60,969 bases of DNA from Solirubrobacterales bacterium (GTDB lineage Bacteria; Actinomycetota; Thermoleophilia; Solirubrobacterales; 70-9), in contig DATFMX010000018.1 of NCBI GenBank assembly GCA_035266685.1, positions 1-60,969 on the forward strand. Direction: 5' to 3'. Positions within the stretch are counted from its first letter, which is position 1. Every line of letters begins with the position of its first letter. Positions 34,565-43,637 of the stretch are shown here, one piece after another. The position numbers and the translations under genes are program-made. The notes below the pieces were generated by a model that saw nothing but the letters and a program-made list of their open reading frames with translations, had not been told where the DNA came from and did no database searches.

Positions 34565-36017
34565 TCAGCTCCGACCAGAGCCGCTCGGCGGAGCGGCGGT
34601 CGATCTTGTTCTGACCGATCCGTGGAAGGGCGCGGTCGGCGACGATGACCCGGCGCGGTCCGCGGCTTGCCCCGAGCGCCTCGTCGAGCGCCGCCTTCAG
34701 CTCGCCGGCGTCGAGGTCACCGCCCTCGACCGGGCGGACGATCGCGCCGAGGTCCTCGATGCCGCCGGGCAGGTCGACGCGCACGGCGACCGCCTCGAGC
34801 ACGCCGTCGAGGCCGACGCACGCCTCCTCCACCTCGGTCAGGTACACGGTCGTGCCGCCTTTCATCACCGCATCCTTCAGCCGGCCGACGATCCAGTACT
34901 TGCCCGTCTCGTCGCGTCGAGCCAGATCGCCGGTCTTCAGCCACGGCCCGGAGAAGAGCGCCGCGTTGGCCTCGGCGTTGTCGTAGTAGCCGTCCGAGAT
35001 CGACGGGCCGCGGACCTCGATCTCGCCCTCGCCCTCGCCGGCCACCAGCTCGCCGTTCTCGCTCCGCAGCCTGACCTGCGCCAGGTCCGGCCGGCCCACC
35101 GCCTGCGTCGTCCTCCCCCGCTCGTCGGTGTCCCCGACCATGCAGGCGAAGGTCGTCTCGGTGAGCCCGTAGCAGTTGAGCACGAGCGCGTCGAAGCGCT
35201 CCATGAAGCGAGCGTGCGTGGTCGCCGAAATCGGGCCGCTGCTGTTGACGAACAGCGGCCGCCGTTCGAGCTCGCCGGGCTTCGACGCCCGCAGGAGCAG
35301 CTCATAGAGGGCCGGCACCAGCACGACCTGATCGATCTCGTGACGGTCGAGTTCGGCCCAGTAGCCCCTCGCCGTCGAGAGGTCGAGGCGCGGCAGGACG
35401 ATCAGCTCAGCGCCGAAGGCCGCCGACCAGAGGTAGTGCAGGGCGAGGACTCCGAAGCCCGAGAGCCGCATGCTCGAGCCGATGCGCGCCGGGGGGTCGC
35501 CGCGGAAACCGGTCAGCTCGCCGGCGGACGCGTGGAGCGCCGCCACCAACCGGTCGTGCTGAAGGGCGATCCCCTTGGGCGCAGCGGTGCTGCCGGAGGT
35601 GTAGGCGAGCATCGCGGCTCCCGGCGGCAGCTCCGGCCGATCGGGCGCAGGAGCCGGGTCGGCGGCCTCCACCGTCAGCCGGTCGCCGATCGCGACGACG
35701 GCGTCCGCCCGACTGTGCGCGAGGACCCCGGCGCGAATCGCATCGCCCCACTCCGGATCGACTAGGACCGGTACCGCTCCGAGCTGCCACATCGCCAGCA
35801 GGGTGGGCAGCGAGTCGGGGTGGTCGACGAGCACCGTCGCCACCCGCGAAGCGGAGCCGACGCCGGCGTCGCTCAACTCGCCGGCAAGCGCATCGGATCG
35901 CTCGATCAGATCGCTCCAGGTCAGCGCCAACCCTTCGAATGGAGGTAGGGCGAAGGTGACTGCCGGCTCCGATCCCCTGTCGGCCGCGTTGGCTCTGTAC
36001 ATGTCTAGGAGATTCAT
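34551..36017 (-). CDS. Adenylate-forming acyl-CoA/acyl-carrier-protein ligase (ANL superfamily)
   Basis: The start is set at MNLLDMYRAN (ATG 36017). Motifs are AYTSGSTAAPKGIAL, NCYGLTETT, WLKTGDLARRDETGKYWIVGRLKD and the terminal IGQNKIDRR lysine. Confidence 0.85.
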   Translation of the reverse strand: MNLLDMYRANAADRGSEPAVTFALPPFEGLALTWSDLIERSDALAGELSDAGVGSASRVATVLVDHPDSLPTLLAMWQLGAVPVLVDPEWGDAIRAGVLAHSRADAVVAIGDRLTVEAADPAPAPDRPELPPGAAMLAYTSGSTAAPKGIALQHDRLVAALHASAGELTGFRGDPPARIGSSMRLSGFGVLALHYLWSAAFGAELIVLPRLDLSTARGYWAELDRHEIDQVVLVPALYELLLRASKPGELERRPLFVNSSGPISATTHARFMERFDALVLNCYGLTETTFACMVGDTDERGRTTQAVGRPDLAQVRLRSENGELVAGEGEGEIEVRGPSISDGYYDNAEANAALFSGPWLKTGDLARRDETGKYWIVGRLKDAVMKGGTTVYLTEVEEACVGLDGVLEAVAVRVDLPGGIEDLGAIVRPVEGGDLDAGELKAALDEALGASRGPRRVIVADRALPRIGQNKIDRRSAERLWSELISPG

Positions 36018-36063
36018 CGTCAGCCGGCGATCTGACCCTACCAACGCTGATAGCCTCACGCAG

Positions 36064-37323
36064 GTGAGGCGAGGGAATTTTTCGTCACTGGTCGAGGAGG
36101 GGCGGGTGCATCGGGATGTGTACGTCGATCCCGATGTGTTCGAGGCCGAGATGCGGCGGATATTCATGCGTACCTGGATATACGTCGGGCACGACAGTGA
36201 GATTCCCCACGCGGGTGACTACAAGCGAACCTTCATCGGTACCGAGCCGGTCATCCTTACCCGCGGAAGCGACGGCGCCCCAAGTGTGGTGGTCAACCGC
36301 TGCAGCCACCGCGGCGCCGCGATCTGCCTGCTACCGAGGGGCAACGCAAAGGGATTCCGCTGCCAGTTCCACGGCTGGACCTTCGGCCTCGACGGCGAGC
36401 TGCTCGGCGTTCCGTACTCCGAGGAAGAGGTGGACAAAGACGAGCTGTCGCTGGCGTCCGCAAAGGTCGAGTCATACCGCGGCTTCATCTTCGCCTCGTT
36501 CAACCCGGACGTCCCGCCGCTGACCGATCACCTGCGCGACGTTCTCCCCTACATCGATCGGTTCGTCGAACACGCCGGCGACTACGCGCTGCAGGTGTCA
36601 CCCGATGCCAACGAGGTCGTCTACGACGCCAACTGGAAGATGCAGCTGGAGAACAACGTCGATGGATACCACCTGAGCTTCACCCACCAGTCCCTATTCG
36701 GAGTCCTGCAGCAGCGAACCGGCAAGCAGCCGCGCTACGTGACCGGGTCCTCGGACGGCGAAGCCAGGGTCGAGGCGTTCTCCAACGGCCATGCGGTGAT
36801 GGACCTCCGCTCGGTGGCAACCGATGTGCTGCGCGAACGGCTCGGCATCGTTCCGGGCGCCCCGCCGCCGGACGCGGACCTCGACGCCTACTTCGGAATC
36901 GAGGGCGCCGAGGACCTCTACCTGGCCAGCACCGGGCCTCCGGTGAACATCTCGATCTTCCCCAACCTCAACCTCGGCAGCATCAACATCTGCGAGGTCC
37001 ACCCGCTGGCGGTGAACCGCACCCGTGTGGTCCTGCGACCGCTGCTGCTCGACGGCGCCCCACCCGGCATCAACCGGACCCGCCTGCGCTACCACGAGAT
37101 CGGCTCCGGGCCGGCCGGCTTCGTGCAACCGGATGACCTCGAGATGTTCGAACGGGTCGCCCTCGGCCTCGCCTCGGAGGACGTCGAGTGGATCCAGATG
37201 ACCCGGGGGCGGGAACGCGAGACCGAGGTCGACGAGACGCACCGCTACAGCCACGTCTCCGACGAGACCCCGCAACGCGGTCAGTACCGCTGCTGGCGCG
37301 AGATGATGGACGGCGACGCTTGA
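36064..37323 (+). CDS. Rieske non-haem iron oxygenase, alpha subunit
   Basis: The Rieske cluster motifs are CSHRGAAIC...CQFHGWTF. The mononuclear iron motif is ENNVDGYHLSFTHQ. The start is uncertain: GTG 36064 is chosen, but ATG 36001 would overlap the divergent ligase start. Confidence 0.85.
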   Translation: MRRGNFSSLVEEGRVHRDVYVDPDVFEAEMRRIFMRTWIYVGHDSEIPHAGDYKRTFIGTEPVILTRGSDGAPSVVVNRCSHRGAAICLLPRGNAKGFRCQFHGWTFGLDGELLGVPYSEEEVDKDELSLASAKVESYRGFIFASFNPDVPPLTDHLRDVLPYIDRFVEHAGDYALQVSPDANEVVYDANWKMQLENNVDGYHLSFTHQSLFGVLQQRTGKQPRYVTGSSDGEARVEAFSNGHAVMDLRSVATDVLRERLGIVPGAPPPDADLDAYFGIEGAEDLYLASTGPPVNISIFPNLNLGSINICEVHPLAVNRTRVVLRPLLLDGAPPGINRTRLRYHEIGSGPAGFVQPDDLEMFERVALGLASEDVEWIQMTRGRERETEVDETHRYSHVSDETPQRGQYRCWREMMDGDA

Positions 37324-37799
37324 CGCCGCGCTCGTCCTTCCCGGAGGCCTACGAGCTGCTGGCCCGCGAGGCGCACCTGCTCGACGACCGCGACTTCGAG
37401 GGCTGGCTGGACCTCTTCACCGAGGACTGCCTCTACTGGATGCCGGTCGACCCACTGGCCGAGGACGGCGGGCTGCGGCTCAACGTCTTCTACGACGACA
37501 AGGCGAAGATGAAGGACCGGATCGCCCGGCTCAGCTCGGGCTCCGCCTACACCGAGGAACCGATCTCGCTGACCGCTCGCACGTTCTCAGCCGTGCAGCT
37601 CGAGAACGGCGGCGAGGAACCCCTGGTCGTGAGGAGCAACTTCCAGATGATCGCCTACCGCAGCGGCGACCAGCGCCTGCTCGGCGGGCGCTACCGGCAC
37701 CGCCTGCTCCGAGAGGACGGCGCCCTCCGGATCTCAGAGAAGCGCGTCACCCTGCTCGGCTCCGACGCTCCCCAGCGACCGATGACCTTCCTCTTCTGA
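37320..37799 (+). CDS. Ring-hydroxylating oxygenase beta subunit (NTF2/SnoaL-like fold)
   Basis: EAYELLAREAHLLDDRDFEGWLDLFTEDCLYWMP...FYDDKAKMKDRIARL is the typical beta-subunit pattern. TTG 37320 overlaps the alpha-subunit TGA (TTGA). Confidence 0.75.
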   Translation: MTPRSSFPEAYELLAREAHLLDDRDFEGWLDLFTEDCLYWMPVDPLAEDGGLRLNVFYDDKAKMKDRIARLSSGSAYTEEPISLTARTFSAVQLENGGEEPLVVRSNFQMIAYRSGDQRLLGGRYRHRLLREDGALRISEKRVTLLGSDAPQRPMTFLF

Positions 37800-39053
37800 G
37801 CCGCCGCCCGCAGGGCCGGGCGCCTGCCGGCCCGTCTCCTCCTGCGGCTCCAGCTGAGACCTCAGCTCCCACCTGCCGAGGCTCCTGATATGGACCTCGT
37901 CGGGGCCGTCGACGAAGCGCAGCGTACGGGCCTGCGCGTAGAGCTCGGCCAGCGCCGTGTCCTGACTCAACCCGGCCGCGCCGTGCGCCTGGATCGCCCG
38001 GTCGAGGACGTCGAGGGCGACCTTCGGGGCGGCGACCTTGATCGCGGCGACATCCCGCCGGGCGCCCCCGCCGCCGAACTCGTCCATCGCCCAGGCGGCC
38101 TTGAGGCCGAGCAGGCGGGCCTGCTCGATCTCGATCCGCGAGCGCGCGATCCATTCCCTGATCACGCCCTGGTCGGCGAGGCGCGTGCCGAACGTCTCCC
38201 GGCTCGCGACCCGCTCGCACATCGTTTCCAGCGCCCGCTCGGCCTGGCCGATCGCGCGCATCGAGTGGTGGATGCGGCCCGGGCCGAGCCGGCTCTGGGC
38301 GAGGCCGGACCCGTCCCCCTCGTACTGGAGCAGGTTCTCCGCCGGCACCCTGACGTCGTTGAAATGGATTTCGCCGTGGCTGATCGGCTGCTGGTAGCCG
38401 AGCACGCTCATCGCCCGCACGACCTCGACCCCGGGCGTGTCGAGCGGAATCAGGATCATCGACTGCTCCGGGAAGGGCTTGGCGTCGGGGTCGGTCACGC
38501 CGACGAAGATGCAGAGCTTGCAGGCCTCGCGGGCCGCCCCTGTGGAGAACCACTTGCGCGCGTCGATCACGTACTCGTCGCCGTCGCGCACGATCCGCGC
38601 GCTGATGTTGTGGGCGTCGGAGCTGGCCACGGCGGGCTCCGTCATCGCGAAGCACGAGCAGATCTCGCCCTCGATCAGCGGGATCAGCCACTTCTCCTGC
38701 TGCTCCGGCGTGCCGCAGTCGGCCAGCACCGAGATGTTGCCGGCGTCGGGCGGGTGGCAGTTGAAGACCTCGGGGCCGAGCATGCTGCGACCCATCTCCT
38801 CGCAGACCGGCGCGAACTCGACGTTGGAGAGCCCGAACCCACCCCACTCGGTGTGCTGCAGGAAGAGATTCCACAGCCAGGCGCGCCGCGCCTTGCTGCG
38901 CAGCTCCTCCATCACCGGAGGGCGGCAGGACGGGTCGCCAGATTCGGCTATCTCCCGGCGGTAACGCTCCTCGTTCGGGATCACCTCCTGATCCATGAAC
39001 TCCCGCACTTCGCGAGTCAGCTTCGCCGATCTGTCAGAGAGTTTGAAATCCAT
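37734..39053 (-). CDS. Acyl-CoA dehydrogenase family protein (ACAD10/11 / FadE-like)
   Basis: CFAMTEPAVASSDAHNI, GDEYVIDARKWFSTG, LGPGRIHHSMRAIGQAERALE and IQAHGAAGLSQDTALAELYAQARTLRFVDGPDEVH are present. Its 3' end overlaps the convergent beta-subunit gene by 66 nt. Confidence 0.85.
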   Translation of the reverse strand: MDFKLSDRSAKLTREVREFMDQEVIPNEERYRREIAESGDPSCRPPVMEELRSKARRAWLWNLFLQHTEWGGFGLSNVEFAPVCEEMGRSMLGPEVFNCHPPDAGNISVLADCGTPEQQEKWLIPLIEGEICSCFAMTEPAVASSDAHNISARIVRDGDEYVIDARKWFSTGAAREACKLCIFVGVTDPDAKPFPEQSMILIPLDTPGVEVVRAMSVLGYQQPISHGEIHFNDVRVPAENLLQYEGDGSGLAQSRLGPGRIHHSMRAIGQAERALETMCERVASRETFGTRLADQGVIREWIARSRIEIEQARLLGLKAAWAMDEFGGGGARRDVAAIKVAAPKVALDVLDRAIQAHGAAGLSQDTALAELYAQARTLRFVDGPDEVHIRSLGRWELRSQLEPQEETGRQAPGPAGGGSEEEGHRSLGSVGAEQGDALL

Positions 39054-39082
39054 TTCCTACCAGCTCCGTTCCGCTTGGATGT

Positions 39083-40537
39083 TCATGCAACTCCGTCGAT
39101 TCCGGCGAGCCAGCGGGCGTAGCCGACCGCGTCCTCGCCGTCGTATTTGGCGAGGATCGTCAGCTTCTCCGCCTCGATCGAGCCCTCGGCATGGATCGCC
39201 AGCACCGCCTGGTAGCCGCCGAATTCACCGGTCGTCAGGTCGCTGATCATGCGCAGGACACGCAGCCGCTCCTCGCCGTCGGCCCCGCCGGCGGCCTCCA
39301 GGTAACGCTTCAGGTCCGGTCCGTACTCGTCATGGTCGAGGTCCTCCGGCGCCGGATACGTCACCAGCAGGGCGCCGGCCATGTCCTGCAGGTATTGCAT
39401 CGCCGTGTGCAGCCCCTGTGCGAACTGCAGCTTGGCGATGTTGACCGGCAGCGGGTGGGGGATCGCCACGCCGTCGACGATCGCGCAGCGCCGCGCCGAG
39501 TCGTGGGTGAGGATCCGCAGCGTTTCGGCGTAGGAGACGAGCCAGGAGAGCTTCTCGCGCACGTGACCGGCGCGCTCGAGCCCGTTGACCCGCGCCGCCA
39601 GCAGGCCGCTGCCGACGAGCGCGTCGACCAGCGGCAGCTTGTAGGAGATCGCGGTGAAGCGATGGAATTCGACGAAGCCGCGCGCGAGGTCGCCGGCGTG
39701 CTCGGTCTCACCGGCGAGGAAGACGCGCTCGGCCGGCACGAAGACGTCGTCGAAGAGGGTCGATGTCTCGGTCATCTTGCGCCCCGCCGATATCGGGTGC
39801 TCCTCCTCGCTCTTGCCGTGCGGCGACATGTAGGGGCTGGCGACCAAGGTCAGGCCCGGGGTGTCCAGGGGGATCGCGAAGGAGACGGCGTAGCTCTCGT
39901 CGCCGGACCCCAGCGCACGGGTCGGCAGGACGACGAGCTCGTTCGCGTTGACCGAGACCGAGGTGTGCGCCTTGGCGCCGCGCACGACGATTCCGTCCTC
40001 GCGGTGCTCGACGATCCGCAGGTAGGCATCGGGGTTCGGCTGCTGGGAGGGGCCGAGCGAGCGGTCTCCCTTGAAGTCCGTCTGCGCGACGCAGACCGCC
40101 AGGTCGTGCTCTCGCGCCCCCTCGTAGAACGCCTCGATCCGGCCGGCGTACGGCTCTCCCAGCCGCTCGCGCATCGCCAGCAGCGCGAACATCGCGTCCG
40201 TGCCGATCTCCTTGATCAGCGGCGGCAGGGTCTTGCCGGCGCGCGTCCCGGCCTCGATCAGGGCGCTGCGGGCGAGCAGGTCATCGGCGCTCCTCGGGAC
40301 CTGGAAGTAGCGGCTGTAGCCGTCGGGGGCGACGGCCAGCTCGCGGTGCTCGTCGCTCTCGGCCATCTCGTAGTCGAGCGCGGCGTGGTCCACCGCATGG
40401 CGGAGGACAGGGTGGGTGGTGACGTCCTCGACCAGCTCGCCCCGGTAGTAGACACGGCGGCCGTCGCGCAGGCTCTCGCGGTACTGGGCCGGCGAGCGCA
40501 ACCGCGTGGCCGCGTCGATCTCGCCGGCCTGGGTCAT
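39083..40537 (-). CDS. HpaB-family (4-hydroxyphenylacetate 3-hydroxylase-like) flavin-dependent monooxygenase component
   Basis: The start is set at MTQAGEIDAAT (ATG 40537, ATGA overlap with the hydrolase stop). The 484-aa length and segments such as YRESLRDGRRVYYRGELVEDVTTHPVL and VAQTDFKGDRSLGPSQQ fit the HpaB/AbfD fold. The Cys ligands of the AbfD Fe-S cluster are not evident. Confidence 0.7.
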   Translation of the reverse strand: MTQAGEIDAATRLRSPAQYRESLRDGRRVYYRGELVEDVTTHPVLRHAVDHAALDYEMAESDEHRELAVAPDGYSRYFQVPRSADDLLARSALIEAGTRAGKTLPPLIKEIGTDAMFALLAMRERLGEPYAGRIEAFYEGAREHDLAVCVAQTDFKGDRSLGPSQQPNPDAYLRIVEHREDGIVVRGAKAHTSVSVNANELVVLPTRALGSGDESYAVSFAIPLDTPGLTLVASPYMSPHGKSEEEHPISAGRKMTETSTLFDDVFVPAERVFLAGETEHAGDLARGFVEFHRFTAISYKLPLVDALVGSGLLAARVNGLERAGHVREKLSWLVSYAETLRILTHDSARRCAIVDGVAIPHPLPVNIAKLQFAQGLHTAMQYLQDMAGALLVTYPAPEDLDHDEYGPDLKRYLEAAGGADGEERLRVLRMISDLTTGEFGGYQAVLAIHAEGSIEAEKLTILAKYDGEDAVGYARWLAGIDGVA

Positions 40538-41409
40538 GCGGGCCTCGAGGCTGCGGAGCGGTCCTCGACTTCGGTGACGAACTCCTGCACTATTCGTTCG
40601 AACTCCTCCGTCTGCTCGACGTAGGGAGCGTGGCCGCAGCGCTCGATCACCTCCACTCTCGCGTCGGGGATCATCCCTGCCAGGTCTTCCATCGACGAGC
40701 GGCCGATGTTGAAGTCGTCGTCGCCGGTGAACAGCAGCACCGGGCATTTCAGGTTGCGCAGCTTCTCGGGATCGTTGTCCGCCTGCAGGCCGCCTTCCAG
40801 GTTTGAGCGCAGCTGCGCCTTCGAGTGAAGCGCGAGGAAGCGGTCGCGCAGCGCCAGGTAGGCCGCCGAGCCGCCCTTCGCAATCGTCCGGTCGCCGATC
40901 ACGAACGGATAGCTGGCGGCGAACAGCCCCGCCGGGCCGCCGGCCTCGAGCGCCGCAAGCCACGTTTTGAGGTGAAGGTTGCGGCGATTCGACTCGTACG
41001 GACTGATCGCCGGGCCACAGAGGATCAGGCCCTTGACGCGATCCGGGTGCCGAACCGCGAAGTCGCGAGCGAACATGGTCGAGAAGGAGACGCCAAGGAG
41101 GTAGGTCTGCTCGATGCCGAGCCCGTCGAGCAGCGACTTCAGGTCGTTGAGGTGATTCTCATATGAGCCGTCGCCCATGGTCGAGGCGCCCTGGTTGCGA
41201 ATGTCATAGGAGAGGACGGTGTTCGACTCGACCAGCTGCTCGGTGAAGTGCCGCCAGGCGGTGCTCACCACGAAGACGCTGGAGAGGATCGTCAGCCACG
41301 GCCCCTGACCGCGGTGCTCGTAGTAGATCTCCACCCCGTCCTCGGTCCGGTGGAGGTCCTGATTGCCGTCATAGCTGGCGTCCCATGACTCGATTTCCTG
41401 AATGTCCAC
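40534..41409 (-). CDS. Alpha/beta-fold hydrolase
   Basis: The nucleophile elbow is LLGVSFSTMFA (GxSxS). HPDRVKGLILCGP is present, and the C-terminal ERCGHAPYVEQ contains the catalytic His context. Confidence 0.8.
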   Translation of the reverse strand: MDIQEIESWDASYDGNQDLHRTEDGVEIYYEHRGQGPWLTILSSVFVVSTAWRHFTEQLVESNTVLSYDIRNQGASTMGDGSYENHLNDLKSLLDGLGIEQTYLLGVSFSTMFARDFAVRHPDRVKGLILCGPAISPYESNRRNLHLKTWLAALEAGGPAGLFAASYPFVIGDRTIAKGGSAAYLALRDRFLALHSKAQLRSNLEGGLQADNDPEKLRNLKCPVLLFTGDDDFNIGRSSMEDLAGMIPDARVEVIERCGHAPYVEQTEEFERIVQEFVTEVEDRSAASRPA

Positions 41410-41491
41410 GTTACGTCAGCTCCTTCCGCCTGGTACAAAGTGGCCGCATTGCACGGGTGGGAATCCTGAACTGACGGTGGGGAGGCTTTCG

Positions 41492-41761
41492 ATGGTGGAG
41501 AAAAGCGTTCGTGAGGACGTCCGTAGGATGATCGAGCAGCTGGCGCCGGTGCGCGACGTCGAGATCGCACCGTCCAGCGAACTCGGAGTCGACCTCGGGT
41601 ACGAGTCGCTGCGGCTGATGGAGCTGGCGACGGCGTTCGAGGACCACTTCGGGCTCGACGAGATCACCGAGGACGACGCCGCCGAAGCTGACACCGTCGG
41701 CGAGGTGGAAGACCTGATCGTGCGTCTTGTCAGCGAGCAGCAAGTCGGCTCCCAAGTCTGA
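41492..41761 (+). CDS. Free-standing acyl carrier protein (ACP2)
   Basis: MVEKSVREDVRRMIEQLAP...SSELGVDLGYESLRLMELATAFEDHFG has a carrier-protein Ser context. A GGGGAGG lies 7 nt upstream of ATG 41492. Confidence 0.7.
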   Translation: MVEKSVREDVRRMIEQLAPVRDVEIAPSSELGVDLGYESLRLMELATAFEDHFGLDEITEDDAAEADTVGEVEDLIVRLVSEQQVGSQV

Positions 41762-41763
41762 GG

Positions 41764-43551
41764 TCAGCTCTCCCGCCGCGGGTACTCGGCGAGCAGCTCC
41801 ACATCGTCTTCGGCGACCATCGACTTACAGAGGCGCCGCTGGATCTTGCCGCTCGTCGTCTTCGGAACCGTGCCCCTGGCACACAACCCGATCCAGTAGA
41901 GCGGCAGGTCGAGATCCTCGGCGACGCGCTTGCGCACCGCCGCCATGATCTCCTCGTATTCCTCGTCCTTCTCGGGCAGATCGACCTCCATCAGGATCGC
42001 GATGCGGATCTCGCCGTCGACCTCCTGCTCGAAGGCGGCGCTGCAGTGACCGCGCAGCAGCGGGCTCGCGGCCTCGGCGCTGAACTCGATGTCATGCGGG
42101 TAGATGTTGCGGCCGTTGACGATGATCAGCTCCTTGATCCGGCCGACGACGAACAGCTCGCCGTCGACGATCGCGCCTAGATCGCCGGTCCGCAGGTACG
42201 ACCTGTCGGGCTCGCCCTGTAGCCGTGCGCCGAAGAACTGGGCCGTCTCCTCGGGGTCGCGCCAGTAGCCCTGCGCCACCCCCGGTCCGGCAAACCAGAT
42301 CTCGCCCACCTGCCCGTCCTCGCAACGACTCAGCTTCTCGGTGTCCGCGACGACCAGCTCGTTGCCCTCGAAGGGAGCGCCGGATCCGACCAGGACCTTT
42401 GCCGGGCCGCCGCCCTTCCAGGTCTCGACCCGTCCGTCCTCGAGCGCCCGTTCGTCGACCTTCAGCGTCATCGGCTCCCTCTCCCTGTCGCTCGAGGTGA
42501 CGATCAGCGTCGCCTCGGCAAGGCCGTAACCGGTCTGAAAGGTGTCGCGTTTGAACCCGCAGGGGCCGAACTTCTCGCAGAAGGCGTCGATCGTCTCGGC
42601 GCGGATCGGCTCGGCGCCGTTGAACGCGACCTCCCAGTCGGAGAGGTCGAGTCGTTCGCACGTCTCCTGGTCGATCCGGCGAACGCAGAGGTCGTAGGCG
42701 AAGTTCGGGCCGCCGCTGGTCGTCACCCTGTACTTCGTCATCGCTTCCAGCCAGCGGGCCGGGCGCTTGATCACGGTGAGCGGCGACATCATGATGCAGT
42801 GCCCACCGGCATGGACGGGCTGCAGGACGCCGGCGATCAGGCCCATGTCGTGGTAAGGCGGCAGCCAGCTGAGCCCCTTGCGCAGGCCGTTCGGGACGTG
42901 GCCGAGGGCGTCGGTGATCAGGTCCGAGTTGCCCATCAGGTTCTCGTGCGAGAGCACGACGCCACGCGGATCGCGGGTCGATCCGGACGTGTACTGCAGG
43001 AAGGCCATCTCGCCCAGGTCCGGCCTGGCGACCTCCACCTCGCCGCCCTCGGCGGCCGTATCGGTGGCGATCCACTGCACTTCGGTCAGCGGGCCATCGC
43101 TGAGGAACGACTCCGCCGCGTCGGACTCCGCTGCCTGCTTGATGAAGTCGATGGTGAGCACGGCGCTGATCTCGGCGTCGGCGGCGATCGCCTGCAATCG
43201 CGGCAGCGTGCGATGCAAGCGGTTCGGCTGCGGCGGCGGCGCCGAGACGGCGACGATGCCCGCCTGAAAGCAGCCGTAGAGGGCGCACACGTAGTCGATC
43301 CCCGGCGGAAACAGCAACAGCGCGCGGCCGGTCGAGGGCATCTTCTCGAGCAGCAGTGCCGCGACGTCCTGTGCCTTCTGGTGCAGCTGCGAGAACGTCA
43401 TGGTCCGGTCGTCCTCGCCGTGCTCGATCAGCCTGAACGCAAGTTCGTCCGGCATCTCCCCGGCACGATGCTCGAGCGCCGCGCCGAAGCTCATCTCCGA
43501 TACCGAGGTAGGCCGACCCACGGCTAGCCCCTCGGCTGATTGTCCCCCCAT
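41764..43551 (-). CDS. Fatty acyl-AMP ligase (FAAL / FadD32-like) type adenylating enzyme
   Basis: 595 aa. Motifs are FLQYTSGSTRDPRGVVLSHENLMGN, YGLAEATL and LRTGDLG...GRIKELIIVNGRNIYPHDIE. An AAGGGGA lies upstream of ATG 43551. The FAAL-versus-FACL distinction was not verified. Confidence 0.8.
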   Translation of the reverse strand: MGGQSAEGLAVGRPTSVSEMSFGAALEHRAGEMPDELAFRLIEHGEDDRTMTFSQLHQKAQDVAALLLEKMPSTGRALLLFPPGIDYVCALYGCFQAGIVAVSAPPPQPNRLHRTLPRLQAIAADAEISAVLTIDFIKQAAESDAAESFLSDGPLTEVQWIATDTAAEGGEVEVARPDLGEMAFLQYTSGSTRDPRGVVLSHENLMGNSDLITDALGHVPNGLRKGLSWLPPYHDMGLIAGVLQPVHAGGHCIMMSPLTVIKRPARWLEAMTKYRVTTSGGPNFAYDLCVRRIDQETCERLDLSDWEVAFNGAEPIRAETIDAFCEKFGPCGFKRDTFQTGYGLAEATLIVTSSDREREPMTLKVDERALEDGRVETWKGGGPAKVLVGSGAPFEGNELVVADTEKLSRCEDGQVGEIWFAGPGVAQGYWRDPEETAQFFGARLQGEPDRSYLRTGDLGAIVDGELFVVGRIKELIIVNGRNIYPHDIEFSAEAASPLLRGHCSAAFEQEVDGEIRIAILMEVDLPEKDEEYEEIMAAVRKRVAEDLDLPLYWIGLCARGTVPKTTSGKIQRRLCKSMVAEDDVELLAEYPRRES

Positions 43552-43570
43552 TTATTTCCCCTTGCCGCTG

Positions 43571-43611
43571 GTAACTGACTGGAGCGTCGGCTTATATATA
43601 GCACCAATGTG
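43571..43611. promoter_or_regulatory. AT-rich divergent promoter region (FAAL / P450) with GTAACTGAC and ACCAATGTG boxes
   Basis: GTAACTGACTGGAGCGTCGGCTTATATATAGCACCAATGTG. The same two box sequences occur at 33052..33072. Confidence 0.35.
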
Positions 43612-43637
43612 CAAACCAGGTGTAACCAATTCGATCT

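Noticed and set aside
39083-40963. The full 626-aa ORF, and the alternative call of 4-hydroxybutyryl-CoA dehydratase.
   Set aside because: The 142 N-terminal codons overlap the hydrolase gene in another frame and are Arg/Gly-rich. The start is ATG 40537. The Cys/His Fe-S ligands expected for AbfD are not evident, so the HpaB-type monooxygenase call is preferred. This was not verified by alignment.
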